A DNA stretch of 56,648 nt from Candidatus Woesearchaeota archaeon (GCA_016180085.1 JACPBX010000005.1:1-56648), one strand, 5' to 3'. Counted from the first letter of the stretch, positions 1 through 9,540 are shown. Notes: generated by a model not told the origin, from the letters alone. Made by a program: numbers and translations.

Positions 1-1
1 C

Positions 2-724
2 AACGGCAGGAAGATTTTAGTGGGCAACAGGAGTTACATGAAGGACAACAACATTGCCGTAGCAGTTGTAACTGAGGAAAAAATAGCTGGATTGGAAAAA
101 GAAGGCAAAACCGCTGTTATTGTCGCTTTTAGCAGGCAGCTTATTGGCGTGATAGCAGTCGCTGACACTCTGAAGGAAAACTCAAGGCCAGCCATTGGGC
201 AGCTGCAGAAGATGGGCAAGGAAGTGATAATGATGACCGGAGACAATGAAAGGACAGCGGCGGCCATAGCCCAGCAGCTGGGAATTCAGCGTGTATTGGC
301 GAACGTGCTTCCCGGAGAAAAGGCAGCGAAAATAAGGGAACTTCAAAACGAAGGCATGGTTGTTGCCATGGTGGGAGATGGCATTAACGACGCTCCAGCC
401 CTTGCACAGGCTGACGTCGGGATAGCGATTGGAGCCGGCACTGACGTTGCGAAAGAAACAGGCGGCATTGTGCTGATGAGGGATGACCTGCGGGATGTTG
501 TGGCAGCCATTGACCTCAGCAGAAAGACAGTGAGCAAGATGAAGCAGAACCTTTTCTGGGCGTTCTTCTACAATGTCGCCCTCATTCCGGTGGCTGCTGG
601 CGTCCTTTATCCCTTCACAGGCCTGCTCCTTAATCCTATATTTGCTGCAATAGCGATGGCTTCGAGCTCAATAACCGTTGTTGGAAACTCGCTGCTTCTG
701 AACAGGTATAAGGTAAAGCGGTGA
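2..724 (+). CDS. copA: Cu(+)-transporting P1B-type ATPase, C-terminal part (gene begins upstream of the window)
   Basis: [22 protein letters not shown] hinge motif, and TM motifs YN (FFYN) and MxxSS (AMASSS) typical of P1B-1 ATPases; frame is open from base 2. Confidence 0.88.
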   Translation, partial: NGRKILVGNRSYMKDNNIAVAVVTEEKIAGLEKEGKTAVIVAFSRQLIGVIAVADTLKENSRPAIGQLQKMGKEVIMMTGDNERTAAAIAQQLGIQRVLANVLPGEKAAKIRELQNEGMVVAMVGDGINDAPALAQADVGIAIGAGTDVAKETGGIVLMRDDLRDVVAAIDLSRKTVSKMKQNLFWAFFYNVALIPVAAGVLYPFTGLLLNPIFAAIAMASSSITVVGNSLLLNRYKVKR

Positions 725-919
725 CCACAAAATTTTTCAGGTACGCCGGAAATTATTCAAAAAATAGCCATTTTTCAGCATGATTTGCGGCAACAGCCGG
801 AACATTTCTTTATTCAGCAGATTATTTTCAAGAAATCTGGGCATAACTTCTTTAAGATGTAAATTTGTTGAAGTAAGCAGCGGTCGATAGCACCGCATAA
901 GCAGATAGGGCTGTTATCC

Positions 920-1129
920 ATGAAGCTAGTCTATTCCAAACATGCAAAAAAGAGGCTGAAGCAAAGAGGGATTGCGGAATTTGAGGTCGAACATATTCTG
1001 CAGCATCCAATAAGCATCAAGAACTTGCCAGAAGGGCTTGAGGAGGCTGTTGGAGAGTCAAACAACAGGATTATTAAAATCGTTTTTGACAGAAAAGAAA
1101 ACTATATAAAGATTGTAACGGTAGTGTGA
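920..1129 (+). CDS. DUF4258 family protein (putative RelE/BrnT-like toxin)
   Basis: YSKHAKKRLKQRGI N-terminus and IKIVTV C-terminus; overlaps a DUF2283 gene (GTGA). Confidence 0.8.
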   Translation: MKLVYSKHAKKRLKQRGIAEFEVEHILQHPISIKNLPEGLEEAVGESNNRIIKIVFDRKENYIKIVTVV

Positions 1130-1341
1130 TGGGTATGAAATTTGAATATGATAGGAAAGTGGATGCGGCATATGTTTATTTAGTTCACCCTATAAAGGAG
1201 GGGCAAGCTAAGATTCAACGCTGCTTGAATGAGGACATCATACTTGATTTTGACAGAAAAGGGAAGCTTTTAGGCGTAGAAATTCTGAATGCGAGCAAAA
1301 TCCTAAACAAGAAAGCGCTTTTGAAAGCTCAAGCCGTTTAA
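1126..1341 (+). CDS. DUF2283 family protein (putative antitoxin)
   Basis: MKFEYDRKVDAAYVYL...IILDFDRKGKLLGVEILNAS signature. Confidence 0.85.
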   Translation: MMGMKFEYDRKVDAAYVYLVHPIKEGQAKIQRCLNEDIILDFDRKGKLLGVEILNASKILNKKALLKAQAV

Positions 1342-1913
1342 AGGGATTTGAGGGCGTTTAGCAAAGTAAATACGCCTATTCCGATGAACAGCAGCGCGGA
1401 AACTACCTGTATGGCTTCTTCGCTCAGGTGCCTGCTGATGAATTTCCCCGCGTTGAGCATTACAGCCAGCACGACCGCTATTCCGGAAAGCGTCCCAAGG
1501 AGCGCCAGCAACAGGTTGTACTGGGTTCCGAACAGGAGGGCTGCGAACTGCGACTTGTCTCCGAACTCGCTGAAAAAGAACAGGATGAATGCTGCGATTA
1601 GCACTGAGCGCTTTGTCATGCCTTTCGCTTTTGCGCTTTCATTTTCCTCTTTTTTCAGAAGCGTGTAAATCCCGAACAGGATAAAAATGGCTCCTGCTGC
1701 AATAGAGATAGGCGCCCGCGGAAGGTATTTTGAAGCATAGTTCCCAAGGGCAACCGCCGAACCGTCAACAACTGCAGAAGCAGCCATTGCTCCAAGGAAT
1801 ATCTGCATGGTGTGCCTGTACCTTGCAGCCATTGCCATCATTGCAAGCTGCGTCTTGTCGCCAATCTCTGCAAGGGCGATTGTCACAAAAGGCACCAAGA
1901 AGTCCTGCAGCAT
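1338..1913 (-). CDS. TMEM165/GDT1 (UPF0016) family Mn/Ca transporter
   Basis: Two E-x-G-D-K-[TS]-Q motifs (EIGDKTQ, EFGDKSQ) in a hydrophobic protein. Confidence 0.92.
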   Translation of the reverse strand: MLQDFLVPFVTIALAEIGDKTQLAMMAMAARYRHTMQIFLGAMAASAVVDGSAVALGNYASKYLPRAPISIAAGAIFILFGIYTLLKKEENESAKAKGMTKRSVLIAAFILFFFSEFGDKSQFAALLFGTQYNLLLALLGTLSGIAVVLAVMLNAGKFISRHLSEEAIQVVSALLFIGIGVFTLLNALKSL

Positions 1914-1934
1914 TTTTTGTGCCTCTCCTGTTCC

Positions 1935-2480
1935 CTATTTCTCCTCAAGCCTTTGAGTTGTAAACCTGGAAATCTTCACATTCCTGTCGTTCCATAGCTC
2001 TGAGGCAAGCCCTGCCTTTCTGAGCGCGTTCTGCACTGTCTCAGCAGCAGTCCATTTGTATTTCCTTGCGTCCTCCGGCAGCTGCAATGCCTTGAACAGC
2101 CCATACTGAATGAAGATGCCGTGCTTTCCGGGCTTTATGCCGCTGATTCCGGTCAATTGGAATTTTGACAGTACGTCAATCCTTATCCGGAGCTGCTGCA
2201 GCTCGTTTTTCCTGACAGCCTTAAACCTTGGGTCTTTAAACGCAGCATCCCTTGCTGCCATTATTACGCCATCAATTAACGGGTAAGTGCCTTGCGGGTA
2301 GCCCATGCTGCCGCTCAATTCGCCGTTCCTGAGAATTGTAACAAATATCCCTGGCTGCTGCGAAAATATTTTTTGCTTTCTTACAGAAACTGGAACATGG
2401 ACTGTTTTGTGTTTCAAGGCTTTTTCAATGGCTTCTCTCGCAAGGCTGAGAAGCGTCTTGCCTTGTGTCTTTGATACCAT
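1935..2480 (-). CDS. AMMECR1 domain protein (divergent)
   Basis: LLSLAREAI...GIFVTI...ELSGSMG...AARDAAFKDPRF...L.I.IDVLS pattern. Confidence 0.85.
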   Translation of the reverse strand: MVSKTQGKTLLSLAREAIEKALKHKTVHVPVSVRKQKIFSQQPGIFVTILRNGELSGSMGYPQGTYPLIDGVIMAARDAAFKDPRFKAVRKNELQQLRIRIDVLSKFQLTGISGIKPGKHGIFIQYGLFKALQLPEDARKYKWTAAETVQNALRKAGLASELWNDRNVKISRFTTQRLEEK

Positions 2481-2526
2481 AGCGCAGGCTTTTTATGGCA
2501 AGCTTTAAATATGTTTTTGCTGGGAG

Positions 2527-3345
2527 TTGTTTCCAATGAAAGCCCTGCGCAGCCTACTTGGCTCGATGTATGTAGTTACCATTGCTCTTCTATTACTGCT
2601 GGCTGCTGTTGCCAGCTATAGGCAGGGAACCTTCCCGGGAAGCCTTTTAATAGCCGTCTTTGCCTGCAGTATTCTGGATTTGCTGGTTGCAAGGTTTTTC
2701 CTTAAAAGGAAAGGGTTCAGGTTTCCCTATTCCGGATTCATCAGCGGCACTATTATCGGCTCGATAGCGCCGGTGAATGCGCCGGCAGCTGCAATCTTGG
2801 TGGCTGCTGCAGTAGCCATAGCATCAAAGTATCTGATAAGGCTAAAAGGGCGCCACATCTTCAACCCCGCAACACTTGGCCTCTTGGTTTCGCTTTGGTT
2901 GTTCAGTCTGGGTGATGTTTGGTGGGCTGCATCCCCGATAGTATGGGTTGCGGGCTTTGCCTTCCCTCTGACATTGCTTCTCTTAGTTGCAAATTACCAG
3001 GCCGGCAAGTTGAGGGTTTCAATGCCGTTCCTTGCTGCCACGGCAATCCTGTATGCTGCCACGCAGTTTATTGCTGTCCCTTTCACTGCCGCAGGCTTGT
3101 TTACCTTCTTCAGCAGCCTGCCATTTTATTTTGCTTTCATTATGCTGTCAGAGCCGAAAACTTCCCCCAATGCACCAAGGGAGCAGATTATTTTTGGTGT
3201 CTCAGTGGCAGTGCTTGTCTTTGCCCTGGAACATGCCCACGTGAAATACCCGTTCTTTGTTGCCTTGCTGGCAGGTAATCTGGTGTATTCGTTGTATAGA
3301 AGCGGCTTTTTTCACAGAAAAATAAGGCAACAAAAAGAAGCATGA
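2527..3345 (+). CDS. Stand-alone short RnfD/NqrB-family membrane protein (likely start ATG 2536)
   Basis: Polytopic; SKYLIR..GRHIFNPA and F.MLSEPKTSP motifs of the RnfD/NqrB family. Confidence 0.75.
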   Translation: MFPMKALRSLLGSMYVVTIALLLLLAAVASYRQGTFPGSLLIAVFACSILDLLVARFFLKRKGFRFPYSGFISGTIIGSIAPVNAPAAAILVAAAVAIASKYLIRLKGRHIFNPATLGLLVSLWLFSLGDVWWAASPIVWVAGFAFPLTLLLLVANYQAGKLRVSMPFLAATAILYAATQFIAVPFTAAGLFTFFSSLPFYFAFIMLSEPKTSPNAPREQIIFGVSVAVLVFALEHAHVKYPFFVALLAGNLVYSLYRSGFFHRKIRQQKEA

Positions 3346-3362
3346 AGAAGATTAAAAAGTTC

Positions 3363-3914
3363 TTACTCTACCACTATTGTACCGAAGAATGCCGGGTCGC
3401 TGCAGCAGTTCAGGTGGTCGTGGTATTTCCAGCTGCCCTTCTCGTTGAACGTGAACATGAATGGCTCGCCTGTTGCAAGGCCCTTGCAGGAGTCAAACTT
3501 GCTTCCTATGCATCCGCCAGGTTCAGGATAGACGACATGAGTCGGATGGACCGCTGACGCCGGCCAGTGCTGCGCTGTGTCCTGGTTCAGGAACAGGACT
3601 GTTTCACCTGCCTTGATTGTCAGGGTCTGGGGATTAAATCCAGTTGCCGTAATCAGTACTGTCCTCACGCCAGCCGCAGCGCTGGGTTGCTGCTGTTCCT
3701 GTGGCTCTGTCGGCTGCTCTGGAACCGGGGATGCAACAGGAGGCTGTGTCTCAACTGCTTCAGCCGCTTCTGCCGGAGCTTCAGGCTGGGCTTCTTCGCC
3801 GGCCTGCGGAGCCTGCTGCCCGCCATCTTGTGCGTATTGTGCGCAGCCGCTGACTGCAACTACAGTAATCAGAAGCAATGTTAAGGCAAAAATAACGTTA
3901 ACTCTCTTTTTCAT
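3363..3914 (-). CDS. Secreted/lipid-anchored cupredoxin-fold protein with a P/E/Q/A-rich linker
   Basis: Signal peptide ending VSGC; GFNPQTLTIKAGETVLFLN..QH, F.FTFNEKGSWKYHDHLN..G.IVVE. Confidence 0.8.
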   Translation of the reverse strand: MKKRVNVIFALTLLLITVVAVSGCAQYAQDGGQQAPQAGEEAQPEAPAEAAEAVETQPPVASPVPEQPTEPQEQQQPSAAAGVRTVLITATGFNPQTLTIKAGETVLFLNQDTAQHWPASAVHPTHVVYPEPGGCIGSKFDSCKGLATGEPFMFTFNEKGSWKYHDHLNCCSDPAFFGTIVVE

Positions 3915-3985
3915 AGCAACTACCCAGAATCAGCTTACTTATAAAACTTTCGGATGCAGTTGCCAAAACCGAACTTATACTGCAA

Positions 3986-4264
3986 TTACCACCTGAACTT
4001 TTTCAGCTCCTGCTTGAGCTCTGCAACGTCCTTTCGCAGGGCTTCGGCAGCGTCGCCTACAGCCTTCCTCGGCTTAACCTCGCCGTCTGTCTCAACAACC
4101 ATCTTTGGTATCCCTACCAGCGGATGGGAAATCGTGTATGTAGCTGTTTTAACGTGCTTGTTCTCCCAAAGCTTTGACTTCAGGCCGTTGCACAGGGTAT
4201 GGCCCTGGCCCTTTACCTCAAAAACAAGCCTTTTCGGCGTCTCTTCCAGAATAGCAAGCTCCAT
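3986..4264 (-). CDS. rpoL: DNA-directed RNA polymerase subunit L (Rpo11)
   Basis: GQGHTLCNGLK...ATYTISHPL motif, 92 aa. Confidence 0.93.
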   Translation of the reverse strand: MELAILEETPKRLVFEVKGQGHTLCNGLKSKLWENKHVKTATYTISHPLVGIPKMVVETDGEVKPRKAVGDAAEALRKDVAELKQELKKFRW

Positions 4265-4434
4265 CGTCGTTTATCAAGCAATTCAGGGCTTATTTAAATT
4301 GGTTTCGGTAGCCACCAAATTTCCGCAGACACAGAGCAAAAGCGTATTTGCGTATTTAAAGTTTATATAAACGAAAATATTTATAAGTAGACCTATGTTC
4401 TTATGCTTATAGTCGGTGGGAGGAGTAGTTTTGC

Positions 4435-5349
4435 ATGGAAACCCGTAAGGTTCAGCGTTCAGGAAACACGTATTATTTGTACTTGCCGGCAGCGTGGTGC
4501 AAGTCCAACGGCATAGGCCATGATACCCAGCTTACGCTTGACACGTCAAGCGAAGGCAACCTCATTGTTTCTTCTGCTCCGGTAGCAGCCGAGGAAAAAC
4601 AGCTTGCCCTCAGTCTTTCTGAAACCAACGGGAAGCTTGACAGCAGGCTGGTTAACATGTTCATTGTCGCTTCCTATCTTAACCCTGTAAGGTCGTTCAG
4701 GATTAAGCTTGACAAGCCGATTTCATCGCTTGAAATCCTGGACCAGAAGAGGCTTCTGAGCAGCATAGAGCTTGTTGAGTTTGGCGAGGACCACATAAGC
4801 TGCGAGTCTTCCATATCGGTTGAAGACCCGGACGTCATTCTGAAAACAATGATAAGGAAAATCACCAACATGATCAGGGTAATGCAGGCCAAGGAGGCAA
4901 AGGAGCTTGTCCAGAGGTATGAGGAGGAGATAGACCGCAGCAACACCCTGATTCAAAAGGCCGTTATAAGCACGCTTATGTTCAAGCGGCCTTCAAAGCT
5001 GAGGCATATCGAGCTTTTTTACGTTGCCATGCTGTCAAAAGGGCTTGAGGGTCTGGCAGACCAGCTTGTCACGTCCACTAGCAGTAACAGCAGGCACAAC
5101 AAGGGGTTTGCAGAGTCCATGCAGGCGCTGCTGCTCAGCCTTCTGAAGTGCCTGGACACGCTGGATTACCGCTCAGCCTCGGCATTTGCCAATGAGGTTC
5201 TGGCTGTCCTTGACAGGTTTGACGAGAAAGACGCATCCGCAGGCAGGGTAAAGGGACTGCTGCAGCAGCTTTCTGAAACGGTTATCGACTGGTCTGTTAC
5301 AAGCGAGGTTGAGTCGAAGCCGGATGCTGAGAAGCAGAAGCCGCGCTGA
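4435..5349 (+). CDS. AbrB-domain/PhoU-family regulator
   Basis: N-terminal ETRKVQRSGNTYYLYLP..W (AbrB/SpoVT-like) followed by helical PhoU-like repeats (EEEIDR); GGAGG SD upstream. Confidence 0.8.
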   Translation: METRKVQRSGNTYYLYLPAAWCKSNGIGHDTQLTLDTSSEGNLIVSSAPVAAEEKQLALSLSETNGKLDSRLVNMFIVASYLNPVRSFRIKLDKPISSLEILDQKRLLSSIELVEFGEDHISCESSISVEDPDVILKTMIRKITNMIRVMQAKEAKELVQRYEEEIDRSNTLIQKAVISTLMFKRPSKLRHIELFYVAMLSKGLEGLADQLVTSTSSNSRHNKGFAESMQALLLSLLKCLDTLDYRSASAFANEVLAVLDRFDEKDASAGRVKGLLQQLSETVIDWSVTSEVESKPDAEKQKPR

Positions 5350-5547
5350 GGCTTGCTCAGCAGTTCTTAATAGCATTAATAGCTGCTTATTTTCCGTATT
5401 TTACGGCCTGGCATTTTAAACAGAAATTTCTCTGCAAGCGCGGGAAATTAAGGCAGTGCCCGTAAAATGCAGCATCCATTATAGCTTGTGAAACTTCTAA
5501 AAACAACTTGGGCAGCCTTCTAAAACATCCCTCAACTTCTGTTCATT

Positions 5548-5727
5548 ATGGCAACAGCCGCAGACATCCTGACATTCGTGCTTGTTTTCCTTATCGGCTT
5601 TGTATGTGGAAAGCTGTTTGCCTCAATCCAGCTTGCTGCAATGAGGACAGCAGCCAGAATCAACCAGCCTGAAGCTGCAGCGAGAAGGAGCGTTGACACG
5701 CTGATGCGATTGGGGAAGCGGTTGTAG
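5548..5727 (+). CDS. Small single-pass membrane protein (59 aa, below the ORF-track cutoff)
   Basis: Own translation: MATAADILTFVLVFLIGFVCGKLFASIQLAAMRTAARINQPEAAARRSVDTLMRLGKRL; fills the intergenic gap. Confidence 0.5.
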   Translation: MATAADILTFVLVFLIGFVCGKLFASIQLAAMRTAARINQPEAAARRSVDTLMRLGKRL

Positions 5728-5731
5728 AATA

Positions 5732-6367
5732 TTACGTTTTCTCAATCCTGAAAAGCCCCACGTCAATCCTTCGCATCCTTGAGCGGTGGAAATCGTATGT
5801 TCTTTTAAGTTGCAGCTGCAACTGCAGGATGTTGGTGACGTTAAAGCCGTTATCGGCGGCAATCTTTTTGACAAAGCCTGCGGTTTCTATCTTGTGGAAC
5901 GAGTACACCACACCGGCAGCTTTGAACGCCTGCAGCAGGAATTGCCGGTCAGCATGCTTTTCCTTTGTTCCAAACGGCGGATTCTGGATTACAGTATCAA
6001 CCTTTTTGTTAAAATCTTCAATATCAGCTCTTATTATTTCAAAATTGGTCATTGTTGCAGCAGCTGTTATGTTTTTTTCAGCTATTGCCAACGCATCGTC
6101 ATCGTTGTCAACAAAGTAAGCCTTCTCAGCGCCAAGCAGCAAAGCGCTTATGCCCAGCAGCCCTGTGCCGCAGCCGAAATCAGCAACAGCCTTTCCCTGA
6201 ATGTCGCCATGCATGTACGCAAACCACACTGCTTCAGCTGCGGCTTCGGAGTCTGTTGCGTATTGCTCTTTCAGCAGCTGGGGCTTTCCGAATTTTTCGA
6301 ACACTGCCAGCTTTGACAGCACAATGGCTAGTTGCGATTTGCTTTGGATGTTTTCCCGGGATTTCAT
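5732..6367 (-). CDS. METTL5-family SAM-dependent (rRNA adenine-N6) methyltransferase
   Basis: EQYAT, DFGCGTG (motif I) and NPPFG (motif IV). Confidence 0.9.
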   Translation of the reverse strand: MKSRENIQSKSQLAIVLSKLAVFEKFGKPQLLKEQYATDSEAAAEAVWFAYMHGDIQGKAVADFGCGTGLLGISALLLGAEKAYFVDNDDDALAIAEKNITAAATMTNFEIIRADIEDFNKKVDTVIQNPPFGTKEKHADRQFLLQAFKAAGVVYSFHKIETAGFVKKIAADNGFNVTNILQLQLQLKRTYDFHRSRMRRIDVGLFRIEKT

Positions 6368-6428
6368 GAGCGAACAACTCTAGGCATTTTTCACAATATT
6401 TAAAGCCTATTACCAATTCCCGGTAGGC

Positions 6429-7169
6429 ATGGGCCTACATCGGCTTTTGCTTGAGAGAGAAGTTAAGCAGGCAGATGAATACTTAAAAAGGGCGGGAATT
6501 TTAGGCGAGCAACGGCCTGCTCGAGCCATCAGGGCAGCACAATACGCACAAAGTGACTATAAGAGGGCATGCTTTCCAGACCTTATCCATATCTTACTAG
6601 AGCTAATGCCGTGGAAAACTAATCCTGACGAAAAGGCTCTGGTCCGTCGCGCCAAGCAGGGTGTGGCCTTTTCTTCCCAGATGCTTGCTTCGCTACGGTA
6701 CCAAATAGCTGTACAGAATGCAAGACCTGGTGGGCTCGAGGAAAAGGCAAGAGAGGACTTTGAAAAAAGCCTTAAATATTGCAGAGAAGCTGTTAGGGCC
6801 TTTGTAGACTTTCAGGATGCATTTACAACTGGTTATGAAGTTGCTAACCGTAAAATTAGGCTGCAAGATGTTTATGCTTTGCAGGTTAACCTTTGCCTGA
6901 GGCTCGCGCGTGATGATTATGCAAGGGCATTTTCTGTTGCCGGACATTCAGACCCGACAAATCTGGGCAGGCGTCATTTGCTGCGTGTTGGTAAGTGGTG
7001 TGATAATGTTTGGAAGTACAGCAGGATGGTAAGCCAGGTTTATCGTTCTGCCGAAACAGAGAAAATAGAACTTGATCTTCTATACAAGGAAGAAGCTGCA
7101 GCTCTGGGTAGAAATGCTAAAGAACTTGGCAACAATCTTTCAGTCACATTAAGAGGCCAGCAACGCTGA
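6429..7169 (+). CDS. Hypothetical all-alpha protein (ORFan)
   Basis: 246-aa ORF with TATA-like ATATTTAAAG upstream; no recognisable motif. Confidence 0.65.
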   Translation: MGLHRLLLEREVKQADEYLKRAGILGEQRPARAIRAAQYAQSDYKRACFPDLIHILLELMPWKTNPDEKALVRRAKQGVAFSSQMLASLRYQIAVQNARPGGLEEKAREDFEKSLKYCREAVRAFVDFQDAFTTGYEVANRKIRLQDVYALQVNLCLRLARDDYARAFSVAGHSDPTNLGRRHLLRVGKWCDNVWKYSRMVSQVYRSAETEKIELDLLYKEEAAALGRNAKELGNNLSVTLRGQQR

Positions 7170-7186
7170 AACCTGTTCAGGCTTTC

Positions 7187-8224
7187 CTATTTGCCCTTCA
7201 ACCCGTAGAAGTGGGGATCCGAGTAATCAAATAGCCTGTCCTTGCGTGTAATAATGGCAGAATCTTTGCTTCCCGGCTTAAAGTCTGCCGGGCTTGCATG
7301 AAGGTAAATGATTTTCTTTCCGCCATCGTCAGGCCGCAGGAGAACTCTCCCTTTCAAGTGTTCTATTGTCCCTCTTACAGGCTCGCCCTGCGGCGGATTC
7401 GCATCCAGAACTGAAGGTTGCGGGGCCGCGGTTACAGGAGGCTGTTGCTGAACACCCGTCACATCGTCTGCAGGCTGGTCATCAGGAGAGTCGTCATCAA
7501 AAGAGTCATCAATAGATGCCTTACGTTTGCTGCGCGGCCGGCCCGCAACTTTAGCTTTCCAGACCTTGTTCCATTCCTCAATGGTTGGAGGGTTGAATAG
7601 CGATAATCTCCCATCATAAGATTCTCTGGCGTAATCCGGCACGCTGACGGGAATTGAACTCACGCCAAAAGTAGTGGTGGTAATGGACCCGTATCTTCCA
7701 CCCTGCCAGGGCTCTATAGAGGATTCAAACATGCCTACCCGGGTTCCGATAGGATATTTCGGGGCGCCTATGATGGCTATTAGTTGCCTACGGAAATCAA
7801 CAGCCACAGGATGACCATTCTTTTCGCCGATGATGAACGCTTCAAATTTGCCCATGGCTGCATCGCGTCTTTGGCGATTCCTTTCGGATTCAGCTATCCG
7901 ATGGCTCATCTCCTTGTCCCAAGAAGCCTTCCATTCTTCAAAGGATGGTGGCTTGAATTGCTTTAGCATCTCCCTAACCCTGTCGTAAGGTACTTCCGGG
8001 AGTCCATGGGTATGCACATTAAGAATAGTGGCTGTAGTATATCCGCCAGCGCATTGCTCAAGTGCAGATCTAAACGTGGTTACTTCTGTGCCGAAAGAAT
8101 GAGCTGCCGCAGGAGTGCCAACAAGTGCTATCAAAACCGGATTCGGACCAATTGATACTGCCACAGGATGGCCGTTTTTCTCTCCGATAACAACCGTTAC
8201 CAGCTTATCGTCATTGGCAGACAT
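7187..8224 (-). CDS. Hypothetical protein with two ~100-aa internal repeats, an acidic/Pro linker and a small C-terminal beta domain
   Basis: IGEKNGHPVAV at aa 13 and aa 132; both repeats end F[KN]PP[ST][FI]EEW..W. Confidence 0.75.
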   Translation of the reverse strand: MSANDDKLVTVVIGEKNGHPVAVSIGPNPVLIALVGTPAAAHSFGTEVTTFRSALEQCAGGYTTATILNVHTHGLPEVPYDRVREMLKQFKPPSFEEWKASWDKEMSHRIAESERNRQRRDAAMGKFEAFIIGEKNGHPVAVDFRRQLIAIIGAPKYPIGTRVGMFESSIEPWQGGRYGSITTTTFGVSSIPVSVPDYARESYDGRLSLFNPPTIEEWNKVWKAKVAGRPRSKRKASIDDSFDDDSPDDQPADDVTGVQQQPPVTAAPQPSVLDANPPQGEPVRGTIEHLKGRVLLRPDDGGKKIIYLHASPADFKPGSKDSAIITRKDRLFDYSDPHFYGLKGK

Positions 8225-8366
8225 TTTATTTGCAGGAGCGTGGTTTTATATTTAAATATTGTTGAAAAATAGTATATCGCAAAAGACGCATTTATGCGAA
8301 TCCTCTCCCAAACCTATCTTTTCCGCAACAGAAAACTATTTAAAGATGTTTGCGGCAGGGCAAAGG

Positions 8367-8386
8367 CTCCTCGTGAATTCGGGGAG
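8367..8386 (+). promoter_or_regulatory. Hairpin at the 5' end of the long leader of the 8492-9076 gene
   Basis: CTCCTCG-TGAATT-CGGGGAG, about 25 nt after TATA-like ATTTAAAG (~8339-8346). Confidence 0.4.
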
Positions 8387-8491
8387 TCGTTGTTGATTCA
8401 TTGTTGGTTGGGAAATTTAGCGGGAATATACGAGCAACGAGCAGCGAATTTTTTGGCAGCGTGTTGCGTTTGTTGCATTTTAGTTTAGGGG

Positions 8492-9076
8492 GTGGAGAAA
8501 GTGGAGAACAGTCTGTTAGGGAGAGCTAATGCTACGCTAAACAATGGCGGCAGTGCTGATTCTGCTGTTGAAGTGCTTAACCGGAAGTTTGAGGCGGCAC
8601 TGACAGGCGTGAGGGAAGAGTTTGACGACCACCGCGAAAGCATCAATGACAATACTAACGAAATAGAAGCGAATTACGAGCTCCTTTGCAAGCTTGAGGC
8701 AAAGGTTGACAGGCTCCAGGAGCAGATTGAGAAGTTTCACCTTTCACTGTCACGATTTCTGGGAGATTCATCGCAGCAGCAGCCAGATATGGGCTCTATC
8801 GAGCTTGATGAGAGGGAAAAAGAGGTTTTCCTTGTACTTTACACTGCCTCGGACCAGAAGCCGCTTGCTTACAGGGAGATTGCAGCAGCCATAAAGGAAA
8901 GCGAGTTCCTTGTCCGTGGTTATGTAACAAACATGGTTGAGAAAGGCGTGCCAATTGTGAAGCGCTACATCAACGACGTTGCGTATATCGCGCTTGACCG
9001 CTCATTCAAGGACAGGCAGGCAAAGGAAAACATCGTGAAGCTAAGCCAGAGGACTGTTAAGGAGTTTGTGGTTTAA
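8492..9076 (+). CDS. Coiled-coil plus C-terminal winged-helix protein (likely start GTG 8501 after GGGGGTG SD)
   Basis: Heptad-rich N-half (EEFDDHRESINDNTNEIEANYELL), then LDEREKEVFLVL..YREIAAAI...YVTNMVEKGVPIVK wHTH pattern. Confidence 0.7.
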   Translation: MEKVENSLLGRANATLNNGGSADSAVEVLNRKFEAALTGVREEFDDHRESINDNTNEIEANYELLCKLEAKVDRLQEQIEKFHLSLSRFLGDSSQQQPDMGSIELDEREKEVFLVLYTASDQKPLAYREIAAAIKESEFLVRGYVTNMVEKGVPIVKRYINDVAYIALDRSFKDRQAKENIVKLSQRTVKEFVV

Positions 9077-9091
9077 GCTTAAGCCTAAAAG

Positions 9092-9301
9092 TCAGTGGGA
9101 AACAGCAACTGTTACCTTTTTAATTTCCATCTTAGGGATTCTTTCAGACGCGTCTAATATTTCGATAGCCATAATCTTGTTGTCCTTTGTCATGTCAATA
9201 ATTACGCCTTCGTCTATTTCTTTGCTTACCTCATACTTACCTTCCTGGAACTTTATACGCATTACATCATTTTTTGCATCAAATGTTATTTTCATTTCCA
9301 A
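9092..9301 (-). CDS. DUF2283 family protein (putative antitoxin)
   Basis: KITFDAKNDVMRIKF...GVIIDMTKDNKIMAIEILDAS. Confidence 0.85.
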   Translation of the reverse strand: MEMKITFDAKNDVMRIKFQEGKYEVSKEIDEGVIIDMTKDNKIMAIEILDASERIPKMEIKKVTVAVSH

Positions 9302-9540
9302 ATGTACCTCTCAGGTTTTGCATAATAAGCTGTTATTACTATATAAGCATTTGCTTCTGTTTCAAAAACCACTCGTAGAAGCCTAGTTCCAAAAATCTTG
9401 TGCGCGATTTTCCTTCCCTTCTTACCCTCTGAAAGAATAATAGGTTTCAGAAGCGCCAACTCAACATTTTCTTTGCTGATTTCCCTGTCTTTCAGGGTTT
9501 CTTCCGCATAATCTGTATACGTGCTGTTCATAAAGCCCAA
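9292..9540 (-). CDS. DUF4258 family protein (putative toxin)
   Basis: YTDYAEETLKDREIS...LRVVFE...IVITAY; overlaps the DUF2283 gene. Confidence 0.8.
   Translation of the reverse strand: MGFMNSTYTDYAEETLKDREISKENVELALLKPIILSEGKKGRKIAHKIFGTRLLRVVFETEANAYIVITAYYAKPERYIWK

Noticed and set aside
4361-4372. Perfect palindrome GTTTATATAAAC between rpoL and the PhoU-like gene
   Set aside because: It is adequately explained as a bidirectional TATA element in a divergent promoter.
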